A stretch of 64,000 nt of DNA from the NCBI GenBank assembly GCA_051439425.1, contig JBFRWD010000075.1:14069-78068 (forward strand). The letters are read 5' to 3'. Position 1 is the first letter of the stretch. Each line of letters begins with the position of its first letter. The stretch is from Synechococcus sp. GTDB lineage: Bacteria; Cyanobacteriota; Cyanobacteriia; Thermostichales; PCC-7336. Below, in pieces: positions 8,105-15,697 of this stretch. Below the pieces are notes generated by a model. That model made no database searches. It saw nothing but the letters and a program-made list of their open reading frames with translations, and was not told where the DNA came from. A program made the translations under genes and the position numbers.

Positions 8105-10866
8105 TCGCTCTTCTGATTTTCTTGGATGTTTTCGGAGAGAGCTTTTTGGCGATCGTGAATGCGTTTAGCTATGTCTTGAGCAACCTCGGTGATCTCTTGC
8201 GCTTGGCGTGGGTTTTCTCCTTGAAAGAGTTTGATTCCTATAATTAGGGGCTCTAGTTTGGACGCTATTGGGCAGTTGGTGAGAACTCGTACCGTTTCTA
8301 GGGTGTTACCTCGGACAACAGCTTCGACGAAGAAACTCGTAATTGGTCCAATGAAATTAGATGCGTTTTTGAGAGTCAATAGTTTTGCAAAGGCTGTAAA
8401 CGCCTCGTCGTAGAGCTCCAAATGCTCGTGCAGTAACTGTCCTAGTCTTACCCAAAGCTCTGCGTTATCTGGTTTGAGCTCGATAGCTTTGCGATAAGCT
8501 TCCTTTGCCTCACCATAGTTCTTCAAACATTCATGCAATAACTTTCCTCGAAATAGCCATAGTATCCATTCATAATTTGGAGGAACGAGTTCGATGGCTT
8601 TGCGGTAGGCTTCTTCAGCCTCGTCGTAGCGTTCCAAACGCACGTGTAGTAGTTTCCCAAAGTGAGCCCAAAAGTTCCATGCTTGACTGGACTTGATAGA
8701 GATTCCTTTACAATAAGCTGCTTCAGCTTCGTCGAACCGCTCCAAATGCTCGTACAGTAACCCTAGTTGTCCCCAAGCCCATTCGTAATCGGGTTCGAGC
8801 TCGATAGTCTTGCGATAAGTCTGTTCAGCCTCGTCGTAACGCTCCAAACACTCGTGCAGTAACTGTCCAAGTTGTCCCAAAGCCCATGCGTCATCGGGTT
8901 TGAGCTCGATGGCCTTGCGATAAGTCTGCTCAGCCTCGTCGTAACGCTCCAAGCGCTCGTGCAGTAATTGTCCGAGTTGTGCCCAATCCCATGCGTCATC
9001 GGGTTCGAGCTCGATGGCTTTGCGATAAGCCTGCTCAGCCTCATCGTAACGCTCCAAACGCTCGTGTAGTAATTGTCCTAGTTTTGCCCAATCCCATGCG
9101 TCATCGGGTTTGAGCTCGATGGCTTTGCGATAAGCCTGCTCAGCTTCGTTGTAACGCTCCAAACGCTCGTGCAGTAATTGCCCTAGTTTTGCCCAATCCC
9201 ATGCGTCATCGGGTTTGAGCTCGGTAGCCTTGCGATAAGCCTGCTCAGCCTCGTCGTAACGCTCCAAACGCTCGTGCAGTAACTGTCCTAGTTTTGCCCA
9301 AGCCCATTCGTAATCGGATTTGAGCTCTATGGCCTTGCGATAAGCTTCCTCAGCCTCGTCGTAGCGCTCCAAATGCTCGTGCAGTAATTGCCCTAGTTGT
9401 GTCCATGCTTTATGGTCATGTGGATTTATCTCGATGCGCTTGCGAAGCTCTTTTTCAGACTCTATCGGCGATAACGAGACAGCAGATTCTGAGGTGTCTG
9501 TAAGTGCGTTTGAAAGCTGTTTCAACTCTTCAGGAAGATCGAAAGCGGTAAAAAAGTCTTCTGGAGTTGCCTTTAATATTTCCGTCTTGAGTGATTTGGT
9601 GATTCCTTTATGATTGACAATTTCGCCATATGCACAATACAAATCTTGCCGGAAATCTTGATTGATCCCACCAATTTCCTTCGCCAATTTTGTAGTTGCA
9701 AGTACAAGATCTTGCTCTTGATAATATTGCACCATAAAATCGACAGCCGCTCTTACCCGACTGGCGGCTGTGCTGCGGCGTCGCATCAAATAGTAAATGT
9801 TGTAAAGCCTTTCAGTTGCCTGATAGTACTTCCTACGTCCTTCTTTTTCAACAACTTCTACTGCCCCTCGATTTACCAAACGATTCAATACAGAGCTCGC
9901 TTTGTTAATGTCTAACCGTGCTTTTTGTGAAACTTCTTTTGCTGTCGCAGGATCCCAGATCTCCAGCAATGCAACAAAAATCTTCCGTTCCTGGGCTGGC
10001 AGACTTTCAAGTTGGCCTTTAAAATAATCCGTGTGCTCATCAATTAATCGAGTCAGATTAGTCATTAAGTCTTGAAATGACAATTGCGCAGCAAACTCCG
10101 CCAAAATTCTAACGAGCCGAGGATTTCCTCCAGTCAATATTCTGACGGGATGTAATTGCTGTTCTGAAATTTCTTGTCCTGTGATTTTGTTCCAAAGCGG
10201 TTGACAATCTGCTGTACTTAAAGGTTTTAATTCAATCTGCTCAAATAGCTCGAACCAAGCTTTATCGATGTTTGAAATCTCATCAAAACTGGCTGTTGCC
10301 GTTCCCAATAGCATTGCACGCGGCTCGTTCATTAACGTATGGCGCAACGTCCAATCATCATCGCTACCAAGCTGTTCCTCCAACAACATGTTCAGATTTT
10401 CAACAACCAGTAGTAGCTTCCCCCCCCGTTCATCCACAAAATCCATTAGCTGCGCTAACGCCCTTGCCGCCAGCCGCTGGTCGTCCATCTCCGATTCCAG
10501 CTCGTCGTATACCAATTGCCACCGACCGTCTTTCGTTTGTTCCCCTAAATAAAACAACGCTTCCCGCCAAAATTCCCCCGGACTTGTAACCGAATAGACC
10601 TCTTCACCAAACACCAGCGGATACCAATCCGCATCCAACTCTTTGCTCCGACGAATCTCCGCAGCTACTCGTCGCACCAGCGTTGTCTTTCCAGTCCCTC
10701 GCGCCCCAATCAACAACACGTGCTGGTTGCTTTCCGCCTCCACGTTGTCCCGGATCCGTTCTATCGTCAGGTCGAGATACTCATTGCGCACCACAAACTG
10801 TTTGATGACCTCGTCATCGCTGCTAAACCCCGGATTGTATTTGGGAGCTGACAGAACCACCATCAC
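8101..10866 (-). CDS. STAND/AAA-type ATPase with winged-helix and C-terminal TPR array
   Basis: Walker A GARGTGKTT, Walker B-like LLLVVEN, GGNPR (GxP), wHTH (ATAKEVSQKARLDINKASSVLNRL) and about ten 35-aa TPRs. Confidence 0.8.
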   Translation of the reverse strand: MMVVLSAPKYNPGFSSDDEVIKQFVVRNEYLDLTIERIRDNVEAESNQHVLLIGARGTGKTTLVRRVAAEIRRSKELDADWYPLVFGEEVYSVTSPGEFWREALFYLGEQTKDGRWQLVYDELESEMDDQRLAARALAQLMDFVDERGGKLLLVVENLNMLLEEQLGSDDDWTLRHTLMNEPRAMLLGTATASFDEISNIDKAWFELFEQIELKPLSTADCQPLWNKITGQEISEQQLHPVRILTGGNPRLVRILAEFAAQLSFQDLMTNLTRLIDEHTDYFKGQLESLPAQERKIFVALLEIWDPATAKEVSQKARLDINKASSVLNRLVNRGAVEVVEKEGRRKYYQATERLYNIYYLMRRRSTAASRVRAAVDFMVQYYQEQDLVLATTKLAKEIGGINQDFRQDLYCAYGEIVNHKGITKSLKTEILKATPEDFFTAFDLPEELKQLSNALTDTSESAVSLSPIESEKELRKRIEINPHDHKAWTQLGQLLHEHLERYDEAEEAYRKAIELKSDYEWAWAKLGQLLHERLERYDEAEQAYRKATELKPDDAWDWAKLGQLLHERLERYNEAEQAYRKAIELKPDDAWDWAKLGQLLHERLERYDEAEQAYRKAIELEPDDAWDWAQLGQLLHERLERYDEAEQTYRKAIELKPDDAWALGQLGQLLHECLERYDEAEQTYRKTIELEPDYEWAWGQLGLLYEHLERFDEAEAAYCKGISIKSSQAWNFWAHFGKLLHVRLERYDEAEEAYRKAIELVPPNYEWILWLFRGKLLHECLKNYGEAKEAYRKAIELKPDNAELWVRLGQLLHEHLELYDEAFTAFAKLLTLKNASNFIGPITSFFVEAVVRGNTLETVRVLTNCPIASKLEPLIIGIKLFQGENPRQAQEITEVAQDIAKRIHDRQKALSENIQENQKSD
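8730..9400 (-). repeat. Near-identical 105-bp tandem repeats encoding TPRs
   Basis: gtaacgctccaaacgctcgtgcagtaa-type block recurs at about 8836, 8941, 9046, 9151, 9256 and 9361. Confidence 0.9.
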
Positions 10867-12107
10867 CCATCCCCCCGATCGCTAGCAGACACGTAGCTAA
10901 AACCGTAATGGTTTTTCCACCAATCCCTCAATAAATTCGATTCAAATTCATAACAGGCATCCCGTTGAATCAAATACCCGTCGTGCTTCAAGATCCCCAA
11001 AATCTCTATCAGCGAACTGTCTTCTCCAACCTCTCCGTAGTCTTGGCAAATCATCTGTGCTGCTGCTGGAGTTAACTGCCCAACAACTGCCGCTTCAGTC
11101 AATAGCTCTAACGTCAGTGGATGTTGTTTCACACTCAACACCATCTTGATGCGCTCTTCTAAGTGACTCAGATCGGCATGTCCCCTTACTCCCAACATGT
11201 CTTGCTGGTAAATACGCTCGGCTAGATCGAGAGAAATCGTTTCAAGGCTATTCTTCCTGCAATGTTGGTAGAGGTGGCTAAAGAACATCTGGACGTGGTA
11301 CGGAATGCAAACCCCTAGTAACGCCGCCATCCGCTGCTGCACATCATCTTCAAACGTGAGCTGAACCTCATTTGCTAAGGCATCCCAACAGGCACAAGCA
11401 ACGTTTACCGACCATGCCTTCAAATCAAATGGTGTCAGATGATTGATCGTGGCACTTAACCCCGCCTTTCGTAACAGCGGCTCTAACCCAATCGACCCCG
11501 TTACCACAAACCTCAACGTCCCCTGGTGTTGCAAGCAATTCCTTCTCAGCCAAGACATCCATAGCTCGGCTTCCTCCTTACGCTCATTGGTCATGCTGTA
11601 GTCCGAGCCTTTCAGCATCCGACTCACTAGAATCGGCACTTCATCGCAGAAAATCGCCACTGGTTGTTCCGAACTGGCCAATATATCCAAGAGACGATTG
11701 CCCTTACTCTGCCAATCACCTGGTGAGAGTCCCCCACGTAGTTTGATCTTCAACTCGCTGACTTGGATACTCCCTACACTTTGAGCTAGGCCATCCAATG
11801 TATTGGCAAACAAGTCCTGAGTTTTGATCCACAAGGGTTTATGCTCGCGTGTTGCTACGCTCAACTCGGCGATCGCGTCTGCAGCGTCCTTTGCATCTTG
11901 CAAGTCGATATGCAAACAGATGTATCGATCGGAAATCCGCCGCGACACCTCGTGCATCAAACTTGTTTTTCCCATCCGCCGCTGTGCCACCAACAGCAGA
12001 TGGTCGCCGCTATCCAACGACTCTTCAAATAGCTCTAGCTCTGCTTCTCGCCCAAAGAACCGATTGCCCGTTACGTAGTTGCCGACCGTACGCTTGAGCT
12101 TGTCCAC
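10863..12107 (-). CDS. STAND/archaeal-type ATP-binding protein (probable GTG start at 12107)
   Basis: GNYVTGNRFFGREAEL, degenerate Walker A AQRRMGKTS, Walker B IFCDE, VVTGSIGL, C-terminal LLRDWW. Overlaps the downstream gene by 4 bp. Confidence 0.75.
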   Translation of the reverse strand: MDKLKRTVGNYVTGNRFFGREAELELFEESLDSGDHLLLVAQRRMGKTSLMHEVSRRISDRYICLHIDLQDAKDAADAIAELSVATREHKPLWIKTQDLFANTLDGLAQSVGSIQVSELKIKLRGGLSPGDWQSKGNRLLDILASSEQPVAIFCDEVPILVSRMLKGSDYSMTNERKEEAELWMSWLRRNCLQHQGTLRFVVTGSIGLEPLLRKAGLSATINHLTPFDLKAWSVNVACACWDALANEVQLTFEDDVQQRMAALLGVCIPYHVQMFFSHLYQHCRKNSLETISLDLAERIYQQDMLGVRGHADLSHLEERIKMVLSVKQHPLTLELLTEAAVVGQLTPAAAQMICQDYGEVGEDSSLIEILGILKHDGYLIQRDACYEFESNLLRDWWKNHYGFSYVSASDRGDG

Positions 12108-12123
12108 AGCCAAATGCCTCTTT

Positions 12124-12199
12124 TCAACAATTCCATTGCCAACAAATTTGTTGGCAAGGTTAATATATCCAACAATTCTGTTGCCAACAAATCCGTTGG
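12124..12199. promoter_or_regulatory. 15-bp-periodic array of palindromic CAACAA-N4-GTTG sites upstream of the ATPase pair
   Basis: CAACAA starts at 12125, 12140, 12170 and 12185. ttgccaacaaatttgttggcaa (12136-12157) is a perfect palindrome. Confidence 0.65.
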
Positions 12200-12291
12200 G
12201 GATATTCAGAAAGAGAAAAGCCCCCATTGAGAACTGCTCAATAGAGGCCAAGGTTATTGAATTACCTCTGTCTTCAGGGATCTGAAGGTGT

Positions 12292-13473
12292 CTATCCCTT
12301 CACGCACACCACCTGTTTGAGGGTGGCGACAACTTCTACCAAGTCGGTTTGGCTGGCCATCACCTCCTCAATTGGTTTGTAAGCACCGGGAATTTCATCC
12401 AGAATCCCTTTGTCTTTGCGGCATTCGACACCGGCGGTTTGCTCGATTAGGTCATCGAGTGTGTAGGCTTTCTTTGCTTTGGTGCGGGACATGCGGCGTC
12501 CGGCTCCGTGGCTGCAAGAACAGTAACTGGCGTGGTTACCTTTGCCTTTAACGATGTAGGACTTGGCGCCCATCGAGCCGGGGATGATGCCGTAGTCGGT
12601 GGTGCGGGCGCGGACGGCTCCCTTGCGGGTGACGTATACGTCTTCGCCGAAGTGGTTTTCTTGCTCGGCGTAGTTGTGGTGGCAGTTGACGGCCAGCAGG
12701 GGCTTGGTGGGTTTGCCTCCGGCAAGATGCTTCTCAACGATGTGCTTGAAGCGGGCCATCATGACGTCGCGGTTGAAGCGGGCGTAGTCTTGCGCCCATT
12801 GCAGGTCGTGCCAGTAGGCAGCGAACTCGGGGGTGCCTTTGACGAAGTGGGCCAGGTCGGGATCGGGTAGGGTTTCGTCAGCTAGTTGAGCGAGCCCTTT
12901 TGCCGTTTTGATGTGGTTTTGGGCCAGTTTGTTGCCGATGTTGCGGGAGCCAGAGTGCAGCATCAGCCAGACGGTGTTGTCGGTGTCGAGGCAGAGCTCG
13001 ATGAAGTGGTTGCCGCCGCCAAGGGAGCCCATTTGGTGGAGAGATTTGGATTCTAGTTTTTGGACACCTTTGTGCAGGTTTTTGAACGAGCGCCAGCCGT
13101 TCCAGTTGTAGGCGTCTTTTTCGACGTCCTTGTTTTGGTTGAATCCGGTGGGGATAGCGGCTTCGATGTCTAGGCGAATTTTCTTGAGTTTGCCCTCTAG
13201 CATGTCGCCCGTAAATGGGGTTTTGATGGCGCACATCCCGCAGCCAATATCCACGCCGACAGCAGCGGGGATGATGGAATCTTTGGTGGCGATGACGGAA
13301 CCGACTAGGGCTCCTTTGCCCAGGTGGACGTCGGGCATGAGGGCGACGTGTTTGTAGACGAAGGGGAGGTTGGCGACGTTTTTGGCCATCCGGTATTCGT
13401 CGGAGCTAAGCTCGTGGTTTGCCCAAGAGTAAACGGGCTTATCGGTAGGTAGATTTAGATCTTTCTGTGACAT
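12292..13473 (-). CDS. rtcB: RNA ligase RtcB
   Basis: MPDVHLGKG, VGVDIGCGM, GSLGGGNHFIEL, LHSGSR, CHHNY, RKGA, PGSMG, SHGAGR, DEIPGAYK. ATG at 13473 (MSQKDL). Confidence 0.97.
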   Translation of the reverse strand: MSQKDLNLPTDKPVYSWANHELSSDEYRMAKNVANLPFVYKHVALMPDVHLGKGALVGSVIATKDSIIPAAVGVDIGCGMCAIKTPFTGDMLEGKLKKIRLDIEAAIPTGFNQNKDVEKDAYNWNGWRSFKNLHKGVQKLESKSLHQMGSLGGGNHFIELCLDTDNTVWLMLHSGSRNIGNKLAQNHIKTAKGLAQLADETLPDPDLAHFVKGTPEFAAYWHDLQWAQDYARFNRDVMMARFKHIVEKHLAGGKPTKPLLAVNCHHNYAEQENHFGEDVYVTRKGAVRARTTDYGIIPGSMGAKSYIVKGKGNHASYCSCSHGAGRRMSRTKAKKAYTLDDLIEQTAGVECRKDKGILDEIPGAYKPIEEVMASQTDLVEVVATLKQVVCVKG

Positions 13474-13602
13474 GGTTATTTCTCTCTTTCTTCTTCTTGG
13501 TCGGTGTTTTGGGTCGAATTTGTAGCGAGCAGCTACGACAATTGATGGAATTTGTTGCTGGTGGCAGGCAAGTAAGAATTGCTTTTTGGCAAAAGTGTAG
13601 AT

Positions 13603-13633
13603 AAGCCTCATGCTCACATAGCAGAGGAGGCTT
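13603..13633 (-). terminator. Stem-loop between rsr and rtcB (terminator/attenuator or processing site)
   Basis: Minus strand AAGCCTC-CTC-TGCT-ATGTG-AGCA-T-GAGGCTT, 11 nt after the rsr stop. Confidence 0.45.
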
Positions 13634-13644
13634 GAGGAGCATTC

Positions 13645-15246
13645 CTACAAATCTCCGTTGGCAATCATCTGAATGGCCCGAGGGGCACCGGGGTCAAACC
13701 CAGCGAAATCCCACGACAACGGATCTTGAGGATCGACCAAAGAGATGCGGTACGGAGCCAGCGAAACGTAAACCGCTTTCGCATCGGGATTCACCTTACG
13801 GCGATACTCTGCCAACGCCTGTGCGGGATGTCGCTTGCCTGCCCACGACTCGCAATCTGTCCAGAAGCAAAACACATCCGTCCAGACCCGCTTGGCGATC
13901 GCCCAGTCATACGCCACCGACGCATCCGTCCCCCCAAACGTTTGTCGCGTCGTCTTCTGCAACGCAGACGAGAAACAATCCCGAGCCGTAATCCCCAAGT
14001 CTTTGAAGGTAGTCGAGAATCCGCGAATAACATAGTTTTTCTCGGCTTTCGCCGTTACCAACGCCATCGTTGTCGCAATCTCGCTACAAGACAGATTCAT
14101 AGACCCGCCAGAGTAACAAGACATAGACCCCGAAACATCGACCGCATGCAAGAACGTCTTGCCCGTAGGCTTCACGGTCTCAAACGAACGCTCCAGAGCT
14201 TTCTCTAAAATGTCGCAAATGCGAGGAATCGGTTCCCACGTCTTCTTGCTGCGACCGGATCGACCCCCAGATCGATAAGTCTTCAGCGCCTTCAACACGT
14301 CAATCGGATGAATCCGTCCCTTGCGCAAGCGATCGCGACTGGTCAACACCTTCGCCACCCGCCTCAAGTTCTTAGACTTGTGAACTTGCAACACCCCAAT
14401 TTCAGTCAAAGACCCCAAGTTGCGCAACAGCGCCCCAATCGGCATGTCTTCAAACAGTAACTGCCAAGCGTTGGCATCCATCTTGGCGATCGGAGCCACC
14501 ATCTCGTGGGTCAATCGCCCCTCGGAGATCGCCATGCAGGTACTGTCAGGATTGCGCTTCAACCACTCGTACCACCACACCTGAGCAATCGGTCCATTGG
14601 GCACCCGATCGGGCAATGTCTCCCACCCATTTACCACCCAGTCGTAGAGAGCCTGGTGCCCTTCTGTCTCAGGCTTAACGTGGAATAAACGCAAGGCATC
14701 GCGATTGCTAAACCCATGCCGTTGTCGGTACTTCAACAACTGATAAGTCAACCACTTCACATCAGGATTCGACAACCACCCCTTACCGCATTCCCGCACC
14801 ACCTTACCCAAACCACGCACGGACTTGGTGTAGTTCAACCACTCGTAAAAATGACTGCCGGTGCGCACCACCTTAGGGAAAATCTCCATAAATGCCTGTT
14901 TTGCAGCATGGGAATCCCCCATAGACAGCAACACCAAGGCGTAGATGGGGGCGCTGTTGTTGATGGAACGACCGTCGCTAGCCGAGACAATCTCGCTCGC
15001 GGTGCGGGCTGGGTCTTTGTCCACACAAGCCAAGACCGTATCGGTAAAGTCACCGGTTAAATCGTGTTTGTCGGCGTAATAGGTGCTTTGCGCCGTGCCG
15101 ATCAGCAAGCAGCGGGTCAGCATGGTCCAGGGGCCGGGGTCAAACATGTAACCGCCAGACCGACCACGTACCATCTCCTGTTCACGTCCGGGAATCGGTT
15201 GATGTTGAGGAGTTTTAGTAGTCGAGGTGAAAAATTTATATGACAT
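13645..15246 (-). CDS. rsr: Ro60 ortholog (TROVE + vWA domain protein, Rsr)
   Basis: MVRGRSGGYMF, RCLLIGT..STYY, VVRTGSHF, LLKYRQRHGFS.RDALRL.H, MPIGALLRNLG, RIHP, MIDAS AVDVSGSM, GGTD, TDCE, GFD. ATG at 15246 after a purine-rich RBS. Confidence 0.93.
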   Translation of the reverse strand: MSYKFFTSTTKTPQHQPIPGREQEMVRGRSGGYMFDPGPWTMLTRCLLIGTAQSTYYADKHDLTGDFTDTVLACVDKDPARTASEIVSASDGRSINNSAPIYALVLLSMGDSHAAKQAFMEIFPKVVRTGSHFYEWLNYTKSVRGLGKVVRECGKGWLSNPDVKWLTYQLLKYRQRHGFSNRDALRLFHVKPETEGHQALYDWVVNGWETLPDRVPNGPIAQVWWYEWLKRNPDSTCMAISEGRLTHEMVAPIAKMDANAWQLLFEDMPIGALLRNLGSLTEIGVLQVHKSKNLRRVAKVLTSRDRLRKGRIHPIDVLKALKTYRSGGRSGRSKKTWEPIPRICDILEKALERSFETVKPTGKTFLHAVDVSGSMSCYSGGSMNLSCSEIATTMALVTAKAEKNYVIRGFSTTFKDLGITARDCFSSALQKTTRQTFGGTDASVAYDWAIAKRVWTDVFCFWTDCESWAGKRHPAQALAEYRRKVNPDAKAVYVSLAPYRISLVDPQDPLSWDFAGFDPGAPRAIQMIANGDL

Positions 15247-15300
15247 CTTTTCTTCTCCGTCCCTGATGGGATAAACGAACGGTGTCCCCAAATGGGGAAG

Positions 15301-15425
15301 GGAGACGGACGGGAATCGAACCCGTATCTCGGCGGACAAAAGGGGGGATCGTTAACAGCGATAACCTTGAGTCCTTCAGCCCTTGCGGGCAATCAGTGCG
15401 CTCTACCGTTTGAGCTACCGACTCC
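15301..15425 (-). ncRNA. tRNA-shaped Y-like RNA, copy D
   Basis: (G)GAGUCGG-UAGCUCAAACGGUAGAGCG-[CACUGAUUGCCC-GCAA-GGGCUGAAGGACUCAAGGUUAUCG...CCUUUUGUCC...]-ACGGG-UUCGAUU-CCCGU-CCGUCUC-C. Confidence 0.8.
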
Positions 15426-15447
15426 ATATAGGTTTTGGGAAAAACAT

Positions 15448-15552
15448 TGGTGGACGGGAAGAGATTCGAACTCCTGACCGATAACCCTCGCTCGACGACC
15501 TATGAGGTAAAGAGTGAACGAGGGGTTGCTCTACCATTTGAGCTACCCGCCC
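15448..15552 (-). ncRNA. tRNA-shaped Y-like RNA, copy C (encoded ACCA end)
   Basis: GGGCGGG-UAGCUCAAAUGGUAGAGCA-[ACCCCUCGUUC-ACUCU-UU-ACCU-CAU-AGGU-C-GU-C-GAGCGAGGG-UUAUCGGUC]-AGGAG-UUCGAAU-CUCUU-CCCGUCC-ACCA. Confidence 0.88.
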
Positions 15553-15582
15553 ATATTGAGTTTTGAGAATGAGAGGGGATTT

Positions 15583-15687
15583 GTTCGCGAAGCGTCTCCG
15601 TCAGGAGATACCCCGCCTTCCAGCTACCGATAACCTTCATCCGGCGTCCCTTTCGGGTCAGTGGTGAATAAAGAGGAAGACTCGCCC
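15583..15687 (-). ncRNA. Y-like RNA copy B (Ro-stem module without canonical D/T arms; ends approximate)
   Basis: GUCUUCC-UCUUUAUUC-ACCAC-UGA-CCC-GAAA-GGG-ACGCC-GGAUGAAG-GUUAUCG-GUAGCU-GGAAGGC, then hairpin UCUCC-UGAC-GGAGA. Confidence 0.65.
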
Positions 15688-15697
15688 GTATTGAGGT

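Noticed and set aside
13474..13617. N-terminal extension of RtcB in the ORF track
   Set aside because: It overlaps the intergenic hairpin and is not RtcB-like. ATG 13473 follows a purine-rich RBS.
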